From contig OZ004607.1 of NCBI GenBank assembly GCA_963924565.1, forward strand, positions 29,140,001-29,204,000: a stretch of 64,000 nt of DNA. The letters run 5' to 3'. Position 1 is the stretch's first letter. Each line of letters begins with the position of its first letter. Below the pieces are notes generated by a model. It had not been told where the DNA came from. It saw nothing but the letters and a program-made list of their open reading frames with translations, and ran no database searches. The position numbers and the translations under genes were made by a program. The stretch is from Ascidiella aspersa (taxonomy: Eukaryota). Positions 25,901-37,900 of this stretch are shown piece by piece.

Positions 25901-28900
25901 AGCGGACTGGTTCCGGGTAAGATTTATTAATAATAACGTATTTACGTTAGGGTGCCATTAATTTGGCGGATATTGACAACCAGTTTGCTTGCATGACACG
26001 TTACCAATGTTCAAATTATAAACGATTTGCTCGATTCTCAGTTTGCGCCCAAAGTCATCTATGACAGTAATGTAAAATATATGACAGTAACTATAAGAAC
26101 CAAACATCGCTTATCATATGAATTGTCGCTAAAGTTAAGTTGTTTATTTAATAAAAAAATATTAATATGTACAATAAAACATCTAAACTTATGTTCGATA
26201 ATGTAAAACCATGAAACTTTAATGACGAGTTTTATACCTAACGTCCAGCGGGAGAAATTTAGCCAGCCTTATAGAACACGCACACTAGTGCAGGAAAGGC
26301 ATAATTTTGGTAGATTCTAACTTGAAATTCAGACATGCCGCTGTCAATATAACAACACAGCTGTTACAGTATATGCCACATGACGGTGGTGATTTTAGTT
26401 TTATAGAAGGTACTATAAAGTTATTTGAAAAATACTGAATGTACTTTTTTATGTTGTCAAAACTTTAATTTTTTAAGTAAGTACGTGAAATAGCTTTTGT
26501 TGCATCTATTCGGTAGCTTAACTTTTTTTAGAGAAACTTTAATGACTTTACTAAATTGTCTTTGCTTCGACAGAGAGATCCTATTCGGTGCAGATTTTTA
26601 GTTACGCCAACGGCAAAGAGACCTCCTCTCGTATTATTGAAATTAACACACCAAAAACGTCTATGGCACCCGTGATTACAACAACGTCAGCTCCAGGTAA
26701 TCACTTAAACCTCTCCGAACCACTTTATGTTGCTAACCTGGCAGCAATAAGGTTTATTTTTCAAAAGTATAATCTCATGAAATCTTTTGTCATTTGAAAT
26801 TTCAATTACACAATATCAATTTAGAAATGATTCGGTAATTGAAATTTTTGGGGGAGGTTTAGCGACATCCCAAATTGTTTACCGTTTAAACAAGAGTTGT
26901 CCCATGAAATCGGGTCTTAAACCATAGTCAAATGTTACATTTAATTATCGATGTTAAGTTGATTTTAAGGTCGTTCTCTTCCCGGAAAAGATTGAAAAAG
27001 GGGGATTCACAGCTATGGTAAGCTGTGCAACCCATAATTTATCACTGGTGAAGATGCTGATCGTTTAATTGCTAAGTTGTAAAGATCCAACTGCGGTCAC
27101 TATAGTTCGAAATCCACTATTTTGGTAACTGTGTCATTTGTAGGCTACCTTAAACAAACGAACAAATGCCGTGTTTTCAGGCTTGAAGTGCAGCGATACT
27201 GAGATTGCCTGCGACGGCGGGTGTCTTCTTTTGGAGTTCGTGTGTGACGATAACAACGATTGTGTGGACGGAGCTGATGAGAAGGACTGCAGCAATTCAA
27301 CAAGTAGGGTCTACTCTATAAAGAGTCTATTGTCTTTGACCAACGTATAAACATTTTAATCCTTACGTTTTTATTTACGACTGAATATTTTTTCAACTGC
27401 TGACGTTTATTTATTGTTTGTGTTTTTTTTAATTTAGGTTGTGATCCAGGTCAATTCAGTTGCTCTGGCAAATGCATCGAATCGAGTGCAGTGTGCGATA
27501 ATGTTGTGGACTGCGACGACGGAACAGACGAAATTGACTGTGAAGGTTTGGCAATGTTTTATGAAGAAAATTTACAATAAATGATTTTCTGATTTTCTAC
27601 TTTGACCTGATGAAGCACGTTTGTCCGAAAGCTTGTGAAGATTTAAATACAATTTGACTATTTATAGTTCCACCTGATTACCCTTTTTACAATAAATGAG
27701 AATAATTATGCAAAATAGCCAATTTTCACAGTAGCAGATTTTTGATCATGGTAATAAGATATAAAAAATAGTGTCAAATTGGCAGTTTTTAGGAAATTAT
27801 AGCTTTATGAGGAAATAAAAACTTGACATTGAAAAACAAGGGATTTTTGCCGTTCAAATAACGATTTTTTCCAAAAATACTTTTTGTGATATATATTTTT
27901 CGGCATCATTTTTCTGTTACAAATTGGAACACTAACATAAACAAGCACTTTCCCTCTAACCTATGATCGAAAGTGCACTGGCAAATTACAGCGGGTATAA
28001 CAAACAGCAAAACTTAAAGTCACTGTTATACCTATTCATCTGTAAACAATCTGTCGCTTATAATTAGAAACCACGACAACACCTTCGACCAGCACAGCGG
28101 CAGAGGTTATCACAACACCGACTAGCGCTTTAACGCAAGCCGGACAAAGTCCCACCACCCTAACAACAGCATCAACAGCAGCGCCAGCAACGCAAAGGCC
28201 AACGACCCCCGGAAACAGCTGCGGTTCGAACCTGGTCTTCGACACCTGTGCCAGTCCTTGTGACCACAAGTGCACCGACGGGGAAGCCCCGCCACCCTGC
28301 AGCAAGCGTTGCGTGACGAGATGTACCTGCCCCCTCGCCGCTCCGATCTTGCACCAAGGAAGGTTTGCATCGCACTGTTTTAGCGCTTTTCTTGAGTTCA
28401 GAAGTTTGCAGCCGTTTAAACTCCTGTTTATGAGTGAACCTTATAACTCAACAAATTTTCATCTCGAAGTAATGCAAACTTCTCACTTCAAACTTTGTAA
28501 AACAGGCTCCAATTAAATTCTGATGAAAAAAGCAAGTCATATCTCAGTTTTACCATTTTAAATAATCATATATTCTTGTAGGAAGGAGACTAGTCTCCAC
28601 CAACACTGTAGAAAACCCACATTCAGGAGTTTTTGTTTCTTGCTTTAACATCATATTATGCCAATCGCAACGGAAGAGTTATTTTAATATTTATTTTCTA
28701 TAACAAGTTAATTCTTGGATGTAGACTTCTTTAACACTAGGCTATACAACCAAGAAACTGTAACTATACGTCGTTATCATACAGTGCCAAATTTTCATAA
28801 CAACGCTTTTCAATGTACTACCCTTCAAAAAAATATTATTGCTCCAAAGGTGCATCACGTTTCTTACCTGTCCGGAGCTTGAACCGGTTACGACGCTAAC

Positions 28901-31900
28901 GGTTCCAAAGGTTACCGACACCTCAGCTGTCGTATCGTTTGGCTCCGTGCCATCGGCGGGAAGCTACAGGGTGGAGTTCTTCCAGACCTTCAACCCTTTT
29001 GACACGATCAGCAAAACCGTGCCACCCGGCAACGGTTCTAGGACGGAAGTTCTTGTCAGCAACTTACAACCAGGTTCGCTTGGTGAACTTGTAGTGTATA
29101 ACTACTGCTTGTTTTACTTGTTTACAATGTCCAACATTGCAAGTTGTCCATCCATCTTTATACCAATGCTTTTCGATGAACTTATGCTGTTTTAGGGTGT
29201 AATCCCAACCTTGGTATTTTATAACTTTTGTTTCTTTGACAATGAAAAGTAGTTCATAGATATTTCGACTTCTTAGTTGTTTAACTTAATGTATGCTAAA
29301 AAGCAGGCTAACTTTATATTTAGACGAATAAAAAGCATCGTTTGGAAGTGGTAGGCTTTAATGTCATTTGATGCTTTACAGATACAATGTAGGAGCCAAT
29401 GCAAACATTGCTGCTAACATAATTGTCTGGCATCAACATAAAATGAGATGACATTGTTATATAGCCAAAACGTTTTACATATAGGCAAATATCACGGCGA
29501 ACGGCATAACCCGTTTCTCCAACAATTGATATGACGAAAATAGGGATAACAAATTGTTTCAGAGTATAAACGACTGTTCTCCGACTAATTGTAAATCATT
29601 TTTAGTAAGGCTATCTTATAGAAAAAAACTTCCATCAAGTGAAAAAGTCATTTTTTAGTTAAGTAAGCTGTTAAACCCGTAGGCGCACTCCATAACTTGT
29701 ATTTTAATCTTCAGACACGCGCTACTCGGTTCAGGTGTTTAGCATCAGAGGCGAGGAGGAGGAAGCCTCCGCCTTCGAACATTTCAAAACCGAAACGAAG
29801 CCGACCAACCCACCTCCCGCGACGACCACACCCCCTCCAACAACGACTCGTACAGCTCCACCGACAACGACCACAGCCACTACCACCACCACTGGTAAAA
29901 TTTATATTCTAAGCAATGATGGCGCAAACCAGTGATTTAATGCCAAGTATAGTTAGTGGGAAAGTAACAGATTTATGTAGGCTCTACTACTGAAAATTGA
30001 TAATCTCCACTATAAAACGCGAGGCTATAGTGATGCATACCCATGTGTCGAAGCAAGACGTTAACCAATTTATTTCTTTTGTAAATTCTCAACACATGTC
30101 TATAGTTGGCAGAGTGACTGCAGTTTCTATGAATTGAAATCAAACTATAGTTTTGTCTGACCCTTACCGATAGTGTTTATATATATTTTTAATTATATCT
30201 TTCCAATGTCCACCAATTTCGATAGGTTCCTCATCTTTTGTTGTGGACACAACCACAACTTTGCCGCCTGTTCAGATAACATCCGCCATCACCAGAACGC
30301 CGACAGAACAGGATGCCTCAGTCAATGCGGCAGGTAAATGAGAACTCTGAAAAAGTGCTGATTTTTCTGGAGCTTTCTAAACAAAGTGACATATTTCATT
30401 GGAAATTAAAATTGCATATGAAACCAAGAGAGTTACATTTCTCTTAACTTCATCTTTTCTCGCGGATTGACTTCCAACATTTCAAAGAAATGGCCGCATG
30501 AGCAGCAGAGACCGGTTGAGATATTATATAATTTTCTTCTGTCGTAGACATTTTGAAGGTCACTATCAAGTTCGACGTTTCCCTCTTTCTAAACATGCTC
30601 TATTTCTATTACGTAGGATGTTTGACTGACGAATTTACCTGCAAAAACGGCCAGTGCATTCAGGGGAGTTTCAAATGCGACAATATACCCGATTGCGACG
30701 ACGGATCTGACGAAGCTAACTGCACAGGTAAAGGGAGTAATATGTATTTTCATGCTGCAGACAATAACTAAAAGTAAACTGTGAGGAATTACCGTCACGT
30801 TAAATCCAGTACAGGTAAGTGTCACGCCATTGGAAGTTTATTCATTATAGTTTATTTTACTCTTACCGAAGTGAATTTACATTAGTTTGTCTAGTCTGAT
30901 GTAAATGGATAGTTCAAATACGGCAACAAAACCTATTTCGAAATCCTGACCTTTATGCAATACAACACGCAAATCGTATTTCATATGAGGATTTATCCAG
31001 TTAAAAGTTTTTTTATAGCCTGTACAAAAGCGATTACTAAATGAAAGTTCTCTAATGGAATATTTGCAGCTTGTCAAGACGGCCAGTTCGCTTGTGTCGA
31101 CAAATGCATTGAACTTACCCAACTCTGCGACGGGGTAATCGACTGTGCGGATGCATCCGACGAGAAGTTATGCCCAGGTAAATCAAAGGCACGTCTTACC
31201 TCAAGTTGTGTTTAATACTATATTTATTATGGCACAACTCATTCCCAAACAGCCTAACCAGTAGGCTTACAACTGATGGTAGTTAAATTTCTTAATATTA
31301 GTCTATTTTGATTGTTAGAGCATAGTAATGACGTCATTGATATCGGATCGTATCGCCCTACTTTTGTCTAAAATATCAAGTATCGGTAATGGATTAAACT
31401 AAGTATCGGACATCTCTAACAGTGAACATAGCTTTTAGAGATTCTTTGTTACTATAAGACCAAACAGCTATTTGTAACATTCTTCTAATGTCCTTTTAAC
31501 TTTTTGTTGCCTTAAACTACTATAAATTTTTTCCAATAAGAAACAACAACAACTGAAGCCACGACCACTCAAACGACGACAACACAACCAACAACCACAA
31601 ATCCTTCCACTACCAGCCAGCCAACGACAACCAGAGCTACGACTACCAGAACAACAACCAGGAGAACCACTACGCCACAAGCTACAGTACCAGGTTTACC
31701 AACAGCACCAGCGATCACACATTTATTGCGGTTAAAGATTAGTGTAAAGCCCATAAATGTTATCTAAAATAGCTTAAAATCACAACAAGGAATGCAATTC
31801 GAACAGGAGCGGTGACACTTATTTAGTGTGAGGCAACATTTCTATTATATTGAACTTAAACATCGATAATAGCCTTATTTCATATCAAACTGCATAACCT

Positions 31901-34900
31901 GTCTAACAACAATTGACACGACAAAAATAGGGCTAAAAAATTGGTTCAGAGTATAAGTTTACCCCTTGCTCAACATGCCCTTTTTCTGTTATGCAGGATG
32001 TTTTCCCAACGAATTTACCTGCAAAAACGGCCAGTGCATTCAGGGGAGTTTCAAATGCGACAATTTACCCGATTGCGACGACGGGTCTGACGAAGATAAC
32101 TGCACAGGTGAAGGGAGTAATATGTATTTTCATGTTGCAGACAATAACTAAAAGTAAACTGTGAGGAATTACCGTCACGTTAAATCCAGTACAGGTAAGA
32201 GTCACACTGTTGAAAGTTCATTTTTTATAGTTTATTTTACCGAAGTGAGTTTGCATTAGTTTGTCTAGTCTAATGTAACTGAATAGTTCAGATAGGGCAA
32301 CAAAACCTATTTCAAAATCTTGACCTTTATGCAATACACCACGCAAATCGTATTTCATAGTAGGTTTTATCCAGTTAAAAGTTTTTTTTGTACCCTGTAC
32401 AAAAGCGATTACTAAATGAAAGTTCTCTAATGGAATATTTGCAGCTTGTCAAGACGGCCAGTTCGCTTGTGTCGACAAATGCATTGAACTTACCCAACTC
32501 TGCGACGGGGTAATCGACTGTGCGGATGCATCCGACGAGCAGTTATGCCCAGGTAAATCAAGGACACGTCCAAGTTGTCTCACCTCAAGTTGTGTTCAAT
32601 ACTATATTTTTTATGACACATCTCTTTCTGTTTGCTTTGCCCAAACAGCCTAACAAATGAAATTGTTGACGAATTGCTTAGCATAGACCGGCAATAGGAT
32701 AGTTTTCTTACAACTATTAGACAGCACTACAACGATAGTGACCAAAAGGTATTCCAACTGCCATTAATGTTCTGTAACAAAAGATAGGCCTAAGCCTGCT
32801 ACAAAGACCAAATGAATTTGGCAAAAACTCCTAACAAAACCCAACTCATATATCATAAATCTTAACTATAGAAATGAATAGAGATGTCCGACTATAACGT
32901 ATTGGAACCGATACCCGATGCCGAGTGGCAGTGTCGGTACTATAGAACCCCACTAGGGTAGTATCGGTACCGATCCGGTACCAAATTGTTATCGGTATTT
33001 TTAACCTGATTTGCCATTCAATGCAGTAATTCCACATGTTAAGGTATAGATTCACAAAATAATACTAGGCTTACAACTGATGGTAGTTAAACTTCTTAAT
33101 ATTAGTCTATTTGGATTGTTAGAGCATAGTAATGACGTCATTGATATCGGATCCCATCGCCCTACTTTTTCTAAAATATCGAGTATCGGTATTGGATTAA
33201 ACTAAGTATCGGACATCTCTAACAGTGAACATAGCTTTTAGAGATTCTCTGTTACTATAAGAGCAAACAACTATTTGTAACATTCTTCCAATGTCCTATT
33301 AACTTTTTGTTGCCTTAAACTACTATAAATTTTTTCCAATAAGAAACAACAACAACTGAAGCCACGACCACTCAAACGACTACAACACAACCAACAACCA
33401 CAAATCCTCCCACTACCAGCCAGCCAACGACAACCAGAGCTACAACTACCAGAACAACAACCAGGAGAAACACTACGCCACAAGCTACAGTACCAGGTTT
33501 ACCAACATCACCAGCGATCACACATTTATTGCGGTTAAAGATTAGTGTAAAGCTCATAAATGTTATCTAAAATAGCTTAAAATCACAACAAGGAATGCAA
33601 TTCGAACAGGAGCGGTGACACTTATTTAGTGTGAGGCAACATTTCTATTATATTGAACTTAAACATCGATAATAGCCCTATTTCATATCAAACTGCATAA
33701 CCTGTCTAACAACAATTGACACGACAAAAATAGGGCTAAAAAATTGGTTCAGAGTATAAGTTTACCCCTTGCTAAACATGCCCTTTTCTGTTATGCAGGA
33801 TGTTTTCCCGACGAATTTACCTGCAAAAACGGCCAGTGCATTCAGGGAAGTTTCAAATGCGACAATATACCCGATTGCGACGACGGGTCTGACGAAGCTA
33901 ACTGCACAGGTGAAGGGAGTAATATGTATTTTCATGATGCAGACAATAACTAAAAGTAAACTGTGAGGAATTACCGTCACGTTAAATCGAGTACAGGTAA
34001 GTGTCACACCATTGGAAGTTTATTCTTTATATTTTATTTTACCGAAGTGAGTTTACATTAGTTTGTCTAGTCTAATGTAACTGAATAGTTCAGATAGGGC
34101 AACAAAACCTATTTCAAAATCTTGACCTTTATGCAATACAACACGCAAATCGTATTTCATAGTAGGATTTATCCAGTTAAAAGTTTTTTTTGTACCCTGT
34201 ACAAAAGCGATTACTAAATGAAAGTTCTCTAATGGAATATTTGCAGCTTGTCAAGACGGCCAGTTCGCTTGTGTCGACAAATGCATTGAACTTACCCAAC
34301 TCTGCGACGGGGTAATCGACTGTGCGGATGCATCCGACGAGCAGTTATGCCCAGGTAAATCAAGGACACGTCCAAGTTGTCTCACCTCAAGTTGTGTTCA
34401 ATACTATATTTTTTATGACACATCTCTTTCTGTTTGCTTTGCCCAAACAGCCTAACAAATGAAATTGTTCACGAATTGCTTAGCATAGACCGGTGATAGG
34501 ATAGTTTTCTTACAACTATTAGACAGCACTACAACGATAGTGACCAAAAGGTATTCCAACTGCCATTAATGTTCTGTAACAAAAGATAGGCCTAAGTCTG
34601 CTACAAAGACCAAATGAATTTGGCAAAAACTCCTAACAAAACCCAACTCATATATCATAAATCTTAACTATAGAAATGAATAGAGATGTCCGACTATAAC
34701 GTATTGGAACCGATACCCGATGCCCAGTGGCAGTGTCGGTACTATAGAACCCCACTAGGGTGGTATCGGTACCGATCCGGTACCAAATTGTTATCGATAT
34801 TTTTAACCTGATTTGCCATTCAATGCAGTAATTCCACATGTTAAGGTATAGATTCACAAAATAATAGTAAGCTTACAACTGATGGTAGTTAAACTTTTTA

Positions 34901-37900
34901 ATATTCATATATTTTGATTGTTAGAGCATAGTAATGACGTCATTAATATCGGATTGTATCGCCATACTTTTTGTCTAAAATATCGAGTATCGGTATTGGA
35001 TTAAACTAAGTATCGGACATCTCTAACAGTGAACATAGCTTTTAGAGATTCTTTGTTACTATAAGAGCAAACAACTATTTGTAACATTCTTCCAATGTCC
35101 TTTTAACTTTTTGTTGCCTTAAACTACCATAAATTTTCTCCAATAAGAAACAACAACAACTGAAGCCACGACCACTCAAACGACGACAACACAACCAACA
35201 ACCACAAATCCTCCCACTACCAGCCAGCCAACGACAACCAGAAGAACAACCAGGAGAACCACTACGCCACAAGCAATAGTATCAGGTTTAACCAACGTCA
35301 ACAACGATCACACATTTATTGCGGCAAAATATTAGTGTAAAGCCCATAAATGTTATTGTATACCTTAAAATCACACCAATTATGCAATTCGAATACGAGC
35401 GTTGACACTTATTAATTGTGAGGTTTAGCATCGGTAATAGGCTTATTTCTGTGTGTAGAGTGTACACTAATCAATAATAAAACTCAAAGTTTAAAAACCA
35501 GAGTAAAATCAGGATAAGACATACTGACATCGTCAGTTCCTATAAGTAAAGTTAAATACAACGAAAGATATATCCCTTTCAAAATATTGTCTGATCCTGA
35601 TTTTACTCTGGTTTTTAAACCTTGAGTTTTATTGTTTATATGCGCGTCAGCGGAACAGTGATCGACAAGCAGAAACCTGCTGCCAATGTTTTTGGAAAGA
35701 TACGCGCTTCTATATACACTAATCAAAGTTTGTTACAAAAGTGTAATTTAAGGGAAATTGATATTTGCTTAACTCACACAATACCACCCGAATACGTAAG
35801 TCTACCTAGCGCCACCCATCAGATTTTCCTAAGTTGACTGTTTATATCCCCTCACTAGCAAATTAACTTTAGATGAAGCGATAATTATCAATAAAGCGAT
35901 AATTAAAATATTGTGCAAGTAAGAATTTGACATATTTTCGAGTTCGGGTGCTGCCACATAAAGTACAGGTCGAATATTGAAACCGGTATTTGCTATGTGG
36001 GGTGAGATATCACTAGGGGTAACTATATTTGTTGTGCAGCCACACTAATGTGAGAACAGGCGCGCAATGAGTATATAGGTAATATTGAATACCAAAGTAA
36101 ATCGGCTTAAAAGTTCGTACTCCGATTCGCAATTCCAGGCCAAGCCATTAGAAGGCAAGAGTCGGTTTTCCTGAATAAGTCTTAAAAAACATTTAAACTC
36201 CTGGAAGTCACACAATCGTGACTCAAAAGAAATGTTTCTTTAACGATCTGATATTGTAGCAAGTTGATTAAGTGTTATAATCTGCCAATTGTGAAGTTCT
36301 TTGTTAGACATTTTTGAAATCACTTTTGAGAGTATTGAAACCGGCAATCGTTATGTGTGGTACAATATTACTAAGGGTACCTATATTTGTTGTTGTGCAG
36401 CCACACCAATGTGCGAACAGGCGCGGAACGAGTTTCTACGCCAACTGCCAACCAACCCAAGTCTGATGTCGCGCTTTCCAGACTGCACCGGCCCCGGCCT
36501 GTACAAGGACGTGCAGTGCGACCGGGCCGCCCGGACCTGTCGCTGCGTGGTGCCCGAGACCGGCACCACAGTCCCTGGCACCCTTACCCCGACCAGCGAC
36601 GGAACGCCGGACTGCACTGGTTAGTTGGAAAATATATTTGGGCAATTTTGTTTCTTTTGGAAAAGTGATGAAAACATTGGAAAACAGAATATAGAAACGA
36701 TAGGTGTTATTGAACAGTAGTGGTATATTGTATTGTTGGAAATTTTTTAAAAAGTCTTTGGTTAGTTGTGAAATGAGTAAATACTTGTTGGTGTTGTTGG
36801 AAAACAGTTGAAAATTAATTTGTTTTGTTGAAAACGGAAAACTTTTCGGTTTTGTTAAAAAATAATTCAAAAAATTGTTGAAGTTGTTTAAAATTTAGTT
36901 GAAAAATGTTAGTGTTGGGAAAATCATTTTTGGCGCCGCTGTGCTACAGTAAAAAAAAAACAATTTTCGAACACAAATGATTGAGAACTCTTTGGTTTTC
37001 TATTATGTAGTCATTTGGTCTCCATTGTAATAAAATAGGTTTATTACGTATGTTCGCTTTTCAACTGCACCCAGTGTAAATAAGTGTTTTGTGTACTGGC
37101 CAAGATGTTTTTTGATAGTTCGGAAACAATATTTAAAACTTATTTTTACAGCTGTGTTTGTGCAATTCCCACATGCTATTTGCTACGGTTTACTTATGTT
37201 TATAGCGGAAAATGTTCGACTTTGTATTTAACTTTATTGTGCTCTCTATAAGTCTCTATTAGTGTCTGTTTTCGTACCTCTAATATCCGCGTAAATAATG
37301 TCTTGTTTGTGCAGCGCTTACCGAATGTCAGAAGCAATTCGTCGCGGTCTCCCGGAACCAGTTCCAGAACCCCACCAGTTCGACTGGCGAGCTTCCGAAG
37401 TGCAACGACAAGGGCTTGTTCATATCTAAGCAGTGCAATAAAGCCCTGGGTAGTTGTTGGTGCGTGATTCCGGAGACAGGGGATACAATATCATCGACCG
37501 AAACGAACGATGGAAGTCAGCTGGATTGCAGCAGTAAGTGGCATCTACCCCGAATTTTGGAGCAGAAGTTGAATTGTATTGTAGACACTGGAAATGTTTG
37601 TGTAACCTAACGTATTGGAAGAATGTACAATAATCTTGACGATTGGTCTTTGTGGTATTCTAATAAAAGCCGAACCACTTACATTCTAAGCCTGTTTACA
37701 TGTTCTATATACGTAGTTTCTTTTTATATAATAATTTTGTAAACCGATTGTATTTTGTCATTATGTCATGAACAAAATTTTGGTCGACCAATATTTCACA
37801 ATCATGAGAACCCTACATTAGGAACACAACACAGGACCAGGGCCGGATTTAGGGTACTGTAGGCCTAAGGCTGTTTACTAGAGAATGGCCTTATTTTGCA

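Larger units (their letters stand above)
30580..35425 (+). repeat. Tandem segmental triplication of three exons plus their introns (periods 1380 and 1802 bp)
   Basis: Equivalent exon starts at 30617, 31997 and 33799. Intron sequence is almost identical between copies; copy 1 lacks ~420 bp. Confidence 0.95.

Noticed and set aside
36620-36925. GTTGGAAAA-rich periodic tract after the first Tg1 exon
   Set aside because: Degenerate low-complexity or old transposon subterminal repeats; I could not define ends or a TSD.
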